Shown here: piece after piece, positions 1-17,519 of the stretch | Layout: the number at the start of each line of letters is the position of its first letter | Numbering within the stretch: the first letter of the stretch is position 1 | Source of the DNA: Bugula neritina | Lineage: Eukaryota; Animalia; Bryozoa | DNA: 64,000 nucleotides | Assembly: GCA_964035545.1 (NCBI GenBank) | Contig: OZ037773.1 | Coordinates: 5,919,751 to 5,983,750, forward strand | Reading direction: 5' to 3' | Made by a program: the position numbers and the translations under genes | The notes under the pieces: model-generated | Told to the model about the DNA's origin: nothing | The model's input: the letters and a program-made list of their open reading frames with translations, nothing else | Databases searched by the model: none

Positions 1-1807
1 ATGGAGTTTACAGTGCTGCGACTATCCCAGTAGAGAGGTAAAAAAGCTAATCCACTGAAATACAACTTGATTGTTACATAAATAATTTTTTAATTAAATG
101 CACCAATGTTTTTTCTTGTAGCTAAGCGTTTCTATGTGAAAAAAAATTGTTACAAGTCAGATAGATTTGCTAAAAATTGGATGCTGTTGCAATAATTCCT
201 CTAAAGTCAAAATAAGGTTTAAGCATATTTCCTTAAATATAATATGCAGATGTCAACTGTCAAATGAAAACATAAATTTGAACAGATATTAATTTCCATC
301 CTATAGTAGCTGTTAGGACTATGCCATACTCTGCATATATGCCTGCTATCACTTATATACTAATAAATCAAAGCAGCTTAAAATAGAACTAATAAGATAT
401 AGCTTGAACTGAAACATAAAATATGTGCAACATCAAATATATTGAGCCCAGATGGGCCCCATGACCCTAAAACTCACTTGATATGGTTCATGATTATATA
501 GGTCACTTGATGGTTCATGATTATCTAGGTCACTTGATGGTTCATGATTATCTAGGTCACTTGATGGTTCATGATTATATAGGTCACTTGATGGTTCATG
601 ATTATATAGGTCACTTGATGGCTCATGATTATCTAGGTCACTTGATATCAAGGAGAAAGTAAACACATCATCATGATATTAGATATGGCAAGTAACATGA
701 GGCACTGCACATACTTTAGTTCTCGAATGTTAACACATTTCAATGCCAGCACATGTGTAAACTATAAACACACATGCTGTATTTGAAAGCCAACTATAAG
801 ATCATTCATTGGTTGTTCATGAATCATTTCGAATTATCTTTCCTTTGGGTATACTGTTATTAGCAGTTTAATTTGTGTATACCTAATGAGCATTGTGTTA
901 GCATGCAGTTTAACGCAAGTTCTAACTTTTAAATTTCATTCAATTAACTCTGAAGGTGGATACAGTGGTATCTGAGGTATAGGGTTACTCTGTTTATTTA
1001 GATATAAAAGAAAATGTAAACAGTTAAAGTGCTTTCCATTTATTTATTTCTATTGAAAATTGTGTTACATTCAACAAAATAACCATCATAATTATTGTAA
1101 GAATTGAATCGTGTTTTAGTTCTGCTAGAAATTAGCAACTAGAATAGAGTCTGTCTCAAGCTGGGAATTTGAAATCAAAGTGTATTTCACATTGTAGGCT
1201 GGTTGGCCCACTCAGCGTTATTAATTTGGAAGAGAAAAGCGATGCAGATCGAGACTATCGAGTTACTGCTGATGACATCACTTCCTATGAGAAAGAATTT
1301 GGAAAAATACCCGAAGGAGGCATTGTAAGTTGATCTGCTGGATTTTAATTTACAGAATGTGCCTGCAGCTGCCATGTTGAAAGCTGAAACTAAAAACTGG
1401 CTGAGCATTTTAGGATGTATAAAGAGCCTGCCTTGTTGGGCATTAATTTTCTTCAAAATAAATATTTATATATTGGATAAGATCTAGTTGCATTATGTAA
1501 TTTGATAGTGAAAGTATCTCTTTAACATGACACCAGTAAGCACTCCAGTAGGTGTTTTGTATGTGCTCAACATGCCATAGAGCTTCACCTCTTCATTTAT
1601 CTGGGAAGTGAACCGAATTTTATGTTTTGCATTGGCAATAATTACTTTTATTTATTGCTCAATTGCTAAATAGAGCATTTAAAAATTTTCTAATGGAAAT
1701 CTATATAGATTAGAATGCAGTTTATTGGCTTATGGTAAGAGTTGAAGCAAATTTACGATTTTAAAAATAAAATTATGTATTGTAATTTGCTATGATTTGT
1801 GTAATTG

Positions 1808-1873
<66 letters not shown>

Positions 1874-3482
1874 GTTAAATCTTATAATTATTGTATTGGA
1901 ATATCTGTGCAGTGTTATACTATTGAAGGTGCAGGACAGTGGTGCTTCAGCGGGGAGAGGGGTTCAACTGACTATATAGTGGATTGAACCCTTATCATCA
2001 GTATTGATGATATCAGGGGTGATACATAGTTGAAGCTGGCTAGAACTGCTTTAACAGCACCTGAGCCATGCTGTCATTTTGAAAGGGTTTTCATATAGAC
2101 TTGGAAAATAAGAGTTTAAAATTATATAGTTGATTCTTGAAATGTTTTTCCAGGTAATATTTGATTTCGGATGGTCGCAGTACTGGAATGATTTTGAAGG
2201 GGCGTTTGGCTCACAAAGTAATGATACGACAACTTTTCATTTCCCAGGCCTTGGCATGGACGCAGCTGAACTTCTTGTAGACAGAGGAGTTTACGGTAAG
2301 ACAACTCTATAATATTTGACTTGAACTGCTTGAAAACTGTAGGAAATAACAAGTTAGAAAGTTTTTAGACTTGGCATGAATGTTTTGGAATAGAAAAACC
2401 AGATAACGTATAGCCATAAAAAAGACATTATTGTTTATGTTGTGTTTTTCTATTAGATGAGACACTTACATGCTGACATCCTTACATGCTGACACCCTTA
2501 CGTGCTGACACACTTACATGGTGACCCACTTACATGCTAACCCACTTACACAATGGCACACTTACGCTGTGACCCACTTACACAATGACACACTTACATG
2601 GTGACCCTCTTACATGGTGACACACTTACATGGTGACCCACTTACATGGTGACCCACTTACATGGTGACACACTTACATGGCGACCCACTTACACAATGA
2701 CACACTTACATGGTGACCCACTTACACAATGACACACTTACATGGTGATCTACTTACATGGTGACACACTTACATGCTGACCCATTTACATGATGTGTCA
2801 AAAACTGAGAACACGAGTATGTGCTACCTGTGTGCCAAATATTAGCGTACTGTGCTAGCCTTGTATTAACCTTGCATTATAAGCCTAGTTGTACAAATAC
2901 TGTGTCAGCTTTGCATTTCTACTGTATTAGTGTTGTTTTGGCATGTATATTTGCACTGTGTTAATGCTGTGTTAATATTATATACAATAGGCATAAGTTT
3001 TTAAACTAATCTCAAAAATTTATTATGATAATTTGTTTTTCCACCTTTAAACAATCTAGTTTTGATCTTACATGCTATATAAATGTTGTATATTTTAGGG
3101 GTAGGAATTGATACACCATCTGTGGACTATGGACCTAGCCAGGACTTCCCTGTACATTACTATTTACATGGTAGAAATATTTATCACCTGGAGAATGTAG
3201 GTTCTATGAGTGCTCTACCAAAAGGAGGAGAAGGTAAGACAACTTCTTGTCACTGTTAATATCATATATATATATAATAATAGAGCTGAAGACTGTGACT
3301 CTACTATTGTGTTGATAGGAGTGACTCTGGTTGTGGGGGCTATGAAAATAGATGGGGGCACTGGGGGACCAGTCCGTCTTATTGCCATGTTTGATGAAGA
3401 TAAACAGACCATATCCTCAGCAACTCTCCCAGGATACGGAATATTTATGTTGATAACTGTTACAATGCTAGCTCTTGCATAA
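1..3482 (+). CDS. Cyclase-family metal-dependent hydrolase (kynurenine formamidase KynB / isatin hydrolase-like), copy 1; 5' end lies outside the window
   Basis: Exons <1-37, 1198-1324, 2154-2295, 3099-3233, 3319-3482 with GT-AG boundaries and consistent phase. Translation includes LVGPLSVINL..IPEGGIVIFDFGWS..FHFPG..GVGIDTPSVD..DFPVH..LENV..MKIDGGTGGPVRLIA and a hydrophobic C-tail. Internal exon sizes (127/142/135) match copy 2. Confidence 0.9.
484..646. repeat. 27-bp minisatellite, 6 copies (TGGTTCATGATTAT[A/C]TAGGTCACTTGA), intronic
   Basis: Read directly; explains the 9-aa-periodic ORF 433..666. Confidence 0.95.
1810..1869. repeat. (TA)n microsatellite
   Basis: Read directly. Confidence 0.98.
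2457..2792. repeat. 16-bp minisatellite, about 21 degenerate copies (GAC[A/C]CACTTACATGGT), intronic
   Basis: Read directly; head-to-tail units with no unique spacers. Confidence 0.93.
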
Positions 3483-3730
3483 TTATTTTACTTGTGTTTC
3501 GTATATTTCAATATTTGTCAATTGTATTATAAATATTGTTTTAAAACTGTTAACGTTCCAAGTTCAAACATTCTGAAATTATATTATACTAACTAAATAA
3601 AATTCATAATTATATACCCGAAATATATTGATATATTGTTTTTGTACTGCAGTGTTTCAGCTTTCTGCAAGAGTTTCAACTTGCAAGCTATTTGTGAACA
3701 AAAAGTAAAGCTTTTTTAATTGAACTTGGA

Positions 3731-4965
3731 ATGGAAAGCTTGTTTGGAGGAAATCAACTCACAATTCCACATTTCTGCGGTACTGTCATTGCTGTGCTCA
3801 ATGAATATAGTTGTCAGATTCATCCAAAATTATTTATTTTTTACGAAGAATTTTGTTTAAATCAAGTTAAAGATGTCTCAACTAACTTTAGATTCTTCTC
3901 CAGAAAAGGTAAGCTGTGCATTCAGTTTTTATGCACTTTAATTATATTTAAAACCTTTAGCAAAAAAGTCAACTTTATATGGTTCTAAAAAGTTTTTATG
4001 GTAAATTTTAAAGACCAATAAACTATTATATCGGTAAGAATGCTCTATTTTGATGAACATGATATAAAACTGATTATGTTAGGTCAGATTATATATAATA
4101 TGCAACTTTCTCTACCACAAGTTACTTGGGTAAAAAAACCCAGAAATTATTTTGAAATTTGTAGATAGATTCAAATGAAGATTCAGCTACTTGCCCTAAA
4201 AGCTCTACTGCTGACCCAATCACTAAAGCTGCCGCCGCTGCTGTTGCTGCTGATGATCAGGTCACTGAATCTACTGCTGCCGATAGGAAAGATGCTGACT
4301 TCCAGTCTGTTGCAAAAGATCTATCTGATGAGTTAGGAAAAACTAAAATAAAAGAGCAACATGATTCCTCTGTGGATGAAAAACTCACAGCTGCTGCAAG
4401 TATGTCTAAAGAATTGGCTAGTAGTTGTTCTGGAGCATCTGTTGCTATTGTCTCAACAGATCTGGCTACTTTTGCTGTGGAAGCACTTGATACTGTTGAT
4501 ATGGAGGATCCATGTGACACCACTCAACAGCTGGAAGCTCAACTTGAATATACCAAGTCTGGTGACCCACATGTGGATCCAACCCAAGATGGCAGCTCTG
4601 GCAATAGCAAAGGTGTTAGTTGCAAGGATGAAGGCAACAAGGGGGATAACTCAACTGAAACTAGTTTGACTGGTAAAAGTGATAACATGAACGTTTCCGA
4701 TGGTAATTCAGGCGATGCAGCTGGCAAAAATGAGGAGATAGAAGAAAATAAAAGTATGACTAGTGAAACTGATTCCACCAACGAAAACAGCAAAAACGAT
4801 CAGAGTGTAGCCATAAATTTCAAATGTGGGACAGGTTGCAAAGGAGATGACATCTCCTGTGAAGATGACAGCACCAGATGTGAAAGCAGAGTTGGCAGCA
4901 CTGAAAGTAGAACTAGCAGTGATAGAGATGATACTAGTATTAAAGAAACTACAAGTAGCAATTAA
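3731..4965 (+). CDS. Orphan 2-exon gene (~324 aa): short N-terminal segment plus a long acidic Ser/Thr/Asp/Glu-rich low-complexity region
   Basis: ATG 3731, exon 3731-3908 (AAAG|GTAAG, phase 1), acceptor TAG at 4166-4168, exon 4169-4965 open to TAA. Total 975 nt. AATAAA at ~5048. Requires the second of two nearby AGs. Confidence 0.6.
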
Positions 4966-5834
4966 GATGCAGAACCTTCTTAATTAACAATTACAAATTG
5001 GCACAAACTGTAATTTATTTCAAAGCTCTTGCTATTCACAGGGCTATAATAAAAAGTTTATATTTTTCTGCTGTTACAATTAGTTTGTTTTTCTAAATTG
5101 CCAATATTTTCAATTCTTCAGCATTTGATCTTTTTGTGAGTTAAAACAATAGTACACAAGATTTTTGCATTAAGAGTTCTTGTTAATTTAGTGATTACCT
5201 AATAAAAAACATTTTGAGGAAAAGTAAAGGAAAGATTCAGCTGTACCTTAACAACATAATTTTCCTGTGAACATAACTAAACTTGCTTGAAAGCATATAT
5301 AACTATGAATATCGGTAAATATAACTTTATTAAAATTTTCAGAATATACTAGGAGCAAGCATATTCGCACCTCTCTAAATATGTTTGATAAGAAACATGT
5401 GGTCGTAGGTTTGAATCTCAGGAGCTAAAGAATTGTCTGGTTGTATTACCGCTGTGTCACATCAAATCTCAACAGTAGCCAAGTTAATAGCATGACGAGA
5501 AGCACAACATAATATTCAAAAATTGGTGAAGGAGTTGAATCAATAAAATTTGCTTACAGACAAACCAGATTAAGTCTTAATAGATATATCGACATTCCCT
5601 GGTATAATATATTACTTTCCTTTTAAAATATTATTTCAGATAAGCTGTTTTATTTTCATTATCAAAATTCATGTATATCAACAGATTCAGCTGACCGGTA
5701 ACTGGATCAGCTTGATATTCCTCTTTCTTATTGGCTGAAAGGGGCCTTAGCAAATACACATTTCTAACATGCAAACATTTAAATTAAGAGCAGCTTGATT
5801 CCAATCAAACCTGATCAATAGAATTGAGTGTAAC

Positions 5835-9359
<3,525 letters not shown>

Positions 9360-10900
9360 ACTTTATATATAACTTTCCTTTTAAAAAAGTGACGTGTTGA
9401 ATAGCTGAAATCTTTTAGTGTAAATAAATAATAAATTTAAAGTGCTTTGCAGCTATAATTAATTTATACGTGGTGTTTGATTCTGAGTAAAAATGAGTAT
9501 TATGTGTTTAAATGTTCATAATTATAATATTTATTATCGTAAAGCTACATTATATTAACTTACAAAAACTAGTTCTTGTGTTCTTGTATTGTTAAGTTTT
9601 TGAATTATTAAGTTTTTCAAATGTCAAGTTAATTTAGATAAGTTACATAATAAAATGTTAAAAATGTGTGCAGGTGCATATGAGTGTGACACAGATAATG
9701 CAAAATAATAGTATAGCCTATGTGTGCACGTAGATCTTATGAGAAAGTCGCAAAGTATAATGGATTTTTAGTTACATAATGAAACCAGTAAGCTGTAAAG
9801 TATGCATTTGGTTACAAATTAAATAAATCGAATTATATGCAATTATGTTGTATAATTAAGACATGAAAAAAATATATATATTTATATATATAGTACAAAA
9901 TAGAAAGTTGTAAATTATTATCCTAAAACAATTGGTTGGTAAAAGTAACATATTAGGACGCAGGTAATTGATCTACACTTCTATTAGGGTTGCTTCTTAT
10001 ATTCCCAATAAACTGAAGAACCTTATAACGCTGGAGAGAAATTAATTCAGAGTTGTGTACTCATGTATCTAAAGCATTTCAGTAATACTGACTGACTTAT
10101 GAATGTGAAAAGTGTAAGCCTAAACGCTGGGGGGGGGGGGAGTGTTCCACTGGTTTATATTTACCTGCTTGAATATGTATGAATAGTTTGGGCAAACATC
10201 AATCACTCTAGCTAGCTTATAATTTATGGAGCTATTTTCTCAGAATGTCATCAATGTTTGATGATATGCATATAACAAGCTATTGTGGCTAATCTTTAGT
10301 ATATTTTAGGATATTATGTAAGATGGCCCAGGGGAACTGTGCGCATGCTTTGTTTGTGTACAAGTATAAACTACTATCTATAAGATATGGTTCAGTGTTC
10401 TATGCAGATATGCAACTTTGCCATTGACTTCAAAAGTAGGTATATATTGTTGGTTTAATAATTATTACTGCAATTTTAACTGAAGATAGCTGGCGATCTT
10501 TAAAATTTAAATGAAAAAACTCGGTTATTTTTATATAAGTCCACACACAAATTCAAAATTTCTAATGCAAAAACATCAACCACAATTTTCTTATTTCTTA
10601 ATGCAAAAGTCTTGCTAATAGCAACTACATAAGTTACCATTTATAAGATATAGTATCATACACATGGTGATAAATCTGTCAATTTCATATGGGAAGTCGT
10701 GGTATTATTTATAGAATTAGATCTTTTTTTCTTGCATACATAGATGCACACAATGTTTAATAATAAGAAAAGGGGCCTTTTACAAAGCTACACTTTTGAA
10801 ACTGATATCTTACTATATTAGACTAAGTTCAAGCATTAATTTACAAAGAGTGAATCTGTCTTCTGTTGTAAGTGGAACAAATTAATTGCTTAACCTATGC

Positions 10901-11135
10901 AACACTGTAACATTGTGACACTATGAAATTGTGACACAATGACACTATAATACTGTGACATCATGGCACTGTGACATCATGGCACTGTGACATTGTGGCA
11001 CTATGAAATTGTGACACTATGACACTATAATACTGTGACATCATGGCACTGTGACATTGTGGCACTATGACACTATAATACTGTGACATCATGGCACTGT
11101 GACATTGTAACACTGTGACATCATGGCACTGTGAC
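10901..11135. repeat. Degenerate 8-bp-unit minisatellite (CACTGTGA / CATCATGG / CACTATGA)
   Basis: Read directly. Confidence 0.9.
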
Positions 11136-14100
11136 CCAGTAACTAATTCTTGTGCATGTAGTAAATATTTTTGACATTACTTTTAGTTTAAATGGGAAAA
11201 GATAAAGACTTGATTCTCAAATGCATGCAAGACCTTTTTCTCAACTGCGACTAGATATGGGGTTTGGGGAATTGAAGGCTTTTAATTGCTGGAATCTTAT
11301 TTCTATACCGAGACCATTTTATTAACATGTGTAAAATCTGCATTCAAAATTGTATTCGAAACATGAACTGTACACAGCCTATAAGCATGATCATCAAATT
11401 AATGCAAACGAAACGGATAGGAAGCAGAAGCCATAGCATGTATTACAAGCCAAACTACATAAAACAGGCATACTTTAATCTATTCACTGGCTTAAATATG
11501 GCTTCACTGTACTGAAAGAGCCCACAGTAAAGCTGTGTTGGAAAGGGAATGTGATATTGCATATCATCTTGGCTGAAAGTAAAAAAATTTATTTCAAAAT
11601 GTAAAGTGTTGGCTTCATGTACTTGTATAAGTAGCCACTTTACTAAAAGTAGTTATAACATAAATTGATAAGGCAGAACCTTCGAAATTCCTCTGCCACA
11701 CCAAAAATAATTTGTAATTCAACAAACTATCACAGTGCACTTAACTTTTTTTCACTGAAGGACACCCTGAGTAGCTTGGGAGTCAGAAATTTGAACAAAA
11801 AATATTCAACACTGGATGTTATTGTTGTGAATGCTGTTTCACTTTCAACACCTGGTTACTGGTTTGAAGCTGTAAAGTGAATTGAATCATAAGTTTAAGG
11901 TTTCAACTGGCAGTTGCTATAAAGTTATATGCGACAGTGGTAGTTATGAGCATCTAGCTGCCAATCATGTTGCCAGCTGCTGGTTTGTAAAAGTTAAGAC
12001 TATAAAATCTAAAATCAGAAGCAAGTACATTTGTTACAAAGTACAGAAAACTTGCTTTATAGATAAGAAGTACGGCATGAAGCCATCAACATAGAATAGT
12101 AATAAATTTGCATAGCTATTGCTTGTTATAGATTAGAAATTGCTTGTTGTAGAGTAGCAATTGCTTATTATAGAGTAGCAATTGCTCATTATAAAAGAGC
12201 AATTGCTTATTATAGACTGGTCAACGTAGCAGTCAAAAACTGCAAACTGGAAGCTTCTTTGGGAGTCTTTGACTTTCAATAGTCAGCAATGGACGCTCAT
12301 CTTATTGCAACTTCTAATAGTTTAAGCTAATTATGCAGCAGTATTGAAGTCAAAAGATTTGCTTTTCTATTCATATATAAAATAGACAGATGTTATAAAA
12401 TTTGATCCTTTTAAACAAACCTCTCATCTTGTATAAATATATATAATTCATATTTAAAACCGGTTTAGCATCCTTCAAGTAGCCAGGTGTCAAAATTACC
12501 CGGTATTGCTTTTACAGCGTTTAGGTTCTAGACTGGAAAGAATTACTTCTGTTATGTTTTATAGATTAGACACATTTGGGTAAACCTAAAACTTGCCTAA
12601 TCTTTCAGACCTTTCCATTTCAATGACCAATATTGAGAATTAACTAGATGGCAATTGCTTTGATCTTAGCTTAAATTTAATTTGTGATATGCTTTAAAAA
12701 TAATTACAAACAAAACACAGAGCTACATAGCTGTTGCAGAAACATATCATTGCAATAAAAATGTTTTCTTTTGCTAATCCATATACTCTCAAGGTTGTCA
12801 TAAAATACTCATAGCAAATGAAAATGAGCTTTATCCTACTCAATTTGCAATGTCTAGTTTATAAATCTCAATAATTTACCTCAAAAATGCACTTGCTTTA
12901 AGCTCTGGATTTACTTTGCAATATCAATTAGACTAATACTATGAAAATATTCCCATGTCATAACATAAGTATAATGCTAAATTATAAAGTTTGGCCAGAC
13001 TTAAGTTAAAGAATAATGATGTAATCACTGGGGTGAGAAATATACTGAAGTAAACACACCCATTTCACGAGTGCCCTCTGCATTCCTATATACTCCTAGT
13101 CAATCACCTGTGATATGCACCATTTACTCAATTCATTAAGTCTGCAAGTGTTTATTACTCCATGCAGATGTGTGAAGTGAAAACTCAGTAGAGGTGTTGA
13201 GCTGAATGTAGCAGGTGGGTGATGTGTGCAAGCACCTGTGGAAGAAGTCAACAACAAGTGATCTGCTGTCAGGTTTACGCAACTGAAAGCTGGTGCAGGT
13301 ACTTTTTATGATAAACTCTAGATTTTAATAATACTAAATTAACATACCTTAATTTGTGAGTTGTACAAACTTGGTATGAACATATGCAGGATTTTGTAAA
13401 CTAAGTTATGCAATAATAAATAAGGAAATACAGTGTGCCACAACTTGTACTATAAGTAACATTTTACAGTGTGTAAATATAACTAGGTATGCATAGCACT
13501 TGTCGGTATAGAAGTTATTTTAATGATGGTACCTAATTAATTACTCTTTAGATTATGTGCAATGTTATTGTATACTTGCAGCATGCTCTAACTAAAATGT
13601 TGGTAAAATGATCTATCCAACACAGCAAAAATCATCATATTATTTTATAGATATATGTATATAGGGCAAAAGATATTAAGTGTACATTAACTCTTTAAGT
13701 AGATAAACTTAACCCTTGTGGTCAAAAAAATTCAACAAGGGCATTCTTATGAATTTTTTGCACCAGCTGTCTGTTATGCTATTATATTCATTGTAAGCAT
13801 GCAGTTGTATTTATTCTAACTGTTAGACATGTGCTGTATTATTATCTACTGAAAATGCTATAGAGGTCATGTAGAATCTGGTTAACAAGGTTCATATATG
13901 GTCACACAGCTCAGATTAATTGGTCAAGTCGTGATCAGAACACTCGGTGTTGAATTAGTCATAGTATATTCCCCCTCTTTATTTCCTGTAATTACTACTG
14001 CTCTGAAATGGGGAAAATTTTTGAATTTATAGGTGAAAATTTGCAATTCCGAGTTAATTAAAGGACAAAAGTATTATTAGTTGGGAGAAGTAAGTTTATA

Positions 14101-17100
14101 AATTATAGCTATATTTAAATATTATAAATAGGCTGCTGTAAACTTGGTTTGTTTGACCATCTAAAATTTGTCTTTGACCAGCCATGCTGCAAGCAAATGC
14201 AGTAACGGAGAAAATGAGAAAAGAATGTGTTCTAGATTTGTTATGCTTCAACATGCATTTCAGACTAACATTTTATTAAGAAAAAACAAAGAACCTAGGC
14301 TATCTTAATTTCTCTAATACTGCATGCAAATGTCTGGTTAGTGCCAATCGAATTATACTGCTATTAGTAGCTTTTGAATGGGCAATAGTGTTGGGGAAAC
14401 ACAAATAGAAAAATCTCAAGTTTTCAAAAAAAATTTCATAATATTTCACTTTTCAAATCCATAGAAACACAATATGGTAAGACTCAAGACTAGTTAATGT
14501 AGAATGACTGCTGCCAGTCAACCAATCATACAATATACACGGAGCTACTTATAAAACTTCTGCTGATGGACATTCCAGAAAGTTCCTAACACTCAGAGCT
14601 TCATGAAAAATAGACACGAGCAGGAATTATATATATTCTGAGCTGCAATAACATATGGCATAGCAAATGCTAATTATAATCTATCTATACAGTTCCAAGC
14701 TATGCTAGAATGAACTTTTCATTAATGTTTGGAATTTATAGTTGCATGGAATAAAACCATAATGCATAATGTGAAGCAATGGAAACCAGTGTATTACATA
14801 ACAGCATTATACATGCAGTTGTATAATATTATACTGGTTGCAAATAGTCACGAATTTCTGAATTGCGTAAGTTGATAAGTTTCAGAAAGGTGTGGGTTAA
14901 GACTTTGTCACCAAAGTCGTCATCAAGATGCCTGGTCACAGCGTCACTAGCGGCATAGGTCGTACTCAAATAACACGTTTTTTGTACAGATTTTGACATC
15001 CTGCTTGAGTTTAGGCTCAGCTAATTAGCATATAAATTTGGAAGGCAGCCCAACTATGACAACACTAGCTTCGTGCTATTGTCAGACATATTTGAAAGGA
15101 GTTGCTAAGGATATTTTATCAAATAGACAAAATTGATCAAAATAATGATGACAATATTTTTAATGTAAAGCTTAAAGTAGACGAAGTATTTCTTAGAGCA
15201 TAAAATTGAAATTTCATTCATATTGTATACCATCACATTATAATTTCTAGTTATTGTATTATAGGTAGCCACATAAAATTTGTCTTTTAGCTATGCTAAT
15301 CTCATATACTGAGGAAGATATATGCTATGCATGACTTATATGGCAGACTCTCTGAAATTACGTATTGCAGAATTTAAGACCGGAAGCAATTTAATGAAAT
15401 TTTCTCCTTAAACTCATGAAAATTCCACAATAAAGTATACATAAAACTAATGAAGTTATCTACATTTTTATTCAATCAATTTGCAATATAATAGTGTTTT
15501 GTGCCATTATAATAAAATATTGAGCCTGGATAATTAATGACACCCATAAAGTAACCTGGCATATTGTTAATCATAATTTTTTATATTAATGTAACTGAAT
15601 TAACTATTTATCAATTTTAAAATTAAAAAGACTTTCAAGTTTTGTACTAAGAGTGTGGACCAACCTTAGTTTTGACAATTATGTATTTGATATGAATAAT
15701 TCACCTGATAAGAGTGCAACTCACCCCCCCCCCTCTCCCCAGTTCCAGATATATTATTAACATGGCTATGTATAACACCGTGTAACCCCATAAAGAATGA
15801 TTTATGCATTTTGGCATGTTTCCAGTTGACAGCTTGCGAACTCGCTTTGGAGAGGCCTCAAAATTACATGAATTTAGCTTCTACTCATTTTTATGTACAA
15901 CTTGACAGCATGAATAATTTGGTGAAAATTAATGCAATATTTTAAAAAATGCTTTCACAAATGAGCTAATAAAAATATAGAAATAGAAAAATAGTTTATC
16001 AGACCTGGTAACAAACTTAAAACCAAGTGCCAGCTTTTTTAGCAAAAGCTTAGGTTAGTTTGTGTCTTGTAGTTAATTCTATGAGGAGATTTTTTGAAAC
16101 TTTCGACAGTCATGCAACCAGCTCCTGTGCCCCCCCCCCCCCTACTGCACATTTCAATCAATCCACCCTCTTTTAAAAATATAATATGGTTACCACTCAA
16201 AAGAAATTCATGTTAAAAACTGTGCCAAGTAAAAACTCTGACACTTGATATTTCATTTCAAGTTGTTAGTCGTGACATTTCATGTTACGCTATGCTAATG
16301 ATATATAAAACAAAACTTTCTGTTGAATTTAACATATTACTAATTAAATCACTACATATTTCTAGCTATTTAAAAAAGCATAACATTATTAAAATAACTT
16401 CACCAAGGCCAAATATCTGAGCATGAATATTTATAATACTAAGTTAACAAAGATGTACACCAATGAGTGCGAAACCATTAATGTAAGTAACCTTATGCAA
16501 TGCTGTAATTGAAATACTTGTTTATGTATTATGATGCGAGTTGGCTAACAAACACACAAATAAGCAAAAAGTCAAGTGCACTGAGCCAATGCTGTCCTCC
16601 TGTTTCCTAAATACTAAAATTTATTGATCAACCATCAATCATCAAGTCTTTGTGTTCCAACTCCACTTTTCAACAACATTTTCCTAAATATCGGTTACAT
16701 GACTTTTGGTAACTACACATAAGACAAAGGCTATTAAGGTAGTAGCAGGTTGCATAACAGTAATATTTTCATTTTCTATGAGAAGAGGAAAAGCTATTTA
16801 TTTGGGCTAAAAGAGAAGAAGCTTAGAATAAAGCAAGAGATGAGAGTTAAAGATTCAGGCCACCATTATATGTCAACACTGTATGACATGAAAGAGTAAA
16901 TCTATAATTTCGAAGAACCAATATAGAAACAAAGCTTCTAAAAACACATCTAGAACTTAATTTGTTTCAAAATCTAAACGATTTTGATTGGGCAACACCA
17001 TGTAATTTAAACTAACATGAAAATAAAATAGAGTCTTAATTATTATAATGAGTATCTGTTGAACTTGAAGCTCATAAACACTTTCTAATGTGCCATGTAT

Positions 17101-17519
17101 TGATTACAGGTTAGAGATAGTTTGTATTGTGCTCTGTATTTACAGGTTAGCTCATTTGACCAATCAGCTTCAAGCAAAACAGCTTCTAAAGTTTAATTGA
17201 TACTAACAATTAAACTGAGACCAACTCAAGACTTTTTCTTCAATCTACCAGATCAGAGTCATATTTTAGCAAACTTAGTTGAGATCTTGAAATTTCAAAG
17301 TTGAATAAAAAGCATACAACACTGCAATAACTCAAAACTCAGGCTGTGGTAGTTCAGGACTCAAGGCTAAAGTAAATAAGGACTCAAGGCTAGAGTAATT
17401 TAGAACTTAAAGCTAAAGGGAATAAAGACTCAAGGCTAAAGTAAAAGGGGCTATTAGGTACCAAGACAATTATTTAAACATATCAGACTGGGACTCCACT
17501 GAATGAAAGAAGCTCAGCC

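Noticed and set aside
433-666. 77-aa ORF with 9-aa repeats
   Set aside because: Product of the 27-bp intronic minisatellite, antisense within a cyclase intron.
2457-2792. Regular short repeats superficially like a CRISPR array
   Set aside because: Head-to-tail 16-bp units without unique spacers, inside a eukaryotic intron, with no cas genes.
13168-13298. Exon-like segment (CAG|...CAG|GTAC) considered as a missing DIX exon of the Dvl-like gene
   Set aside because: Stops in all three forward frames and no DIX similarity; at most a non-coding exon.
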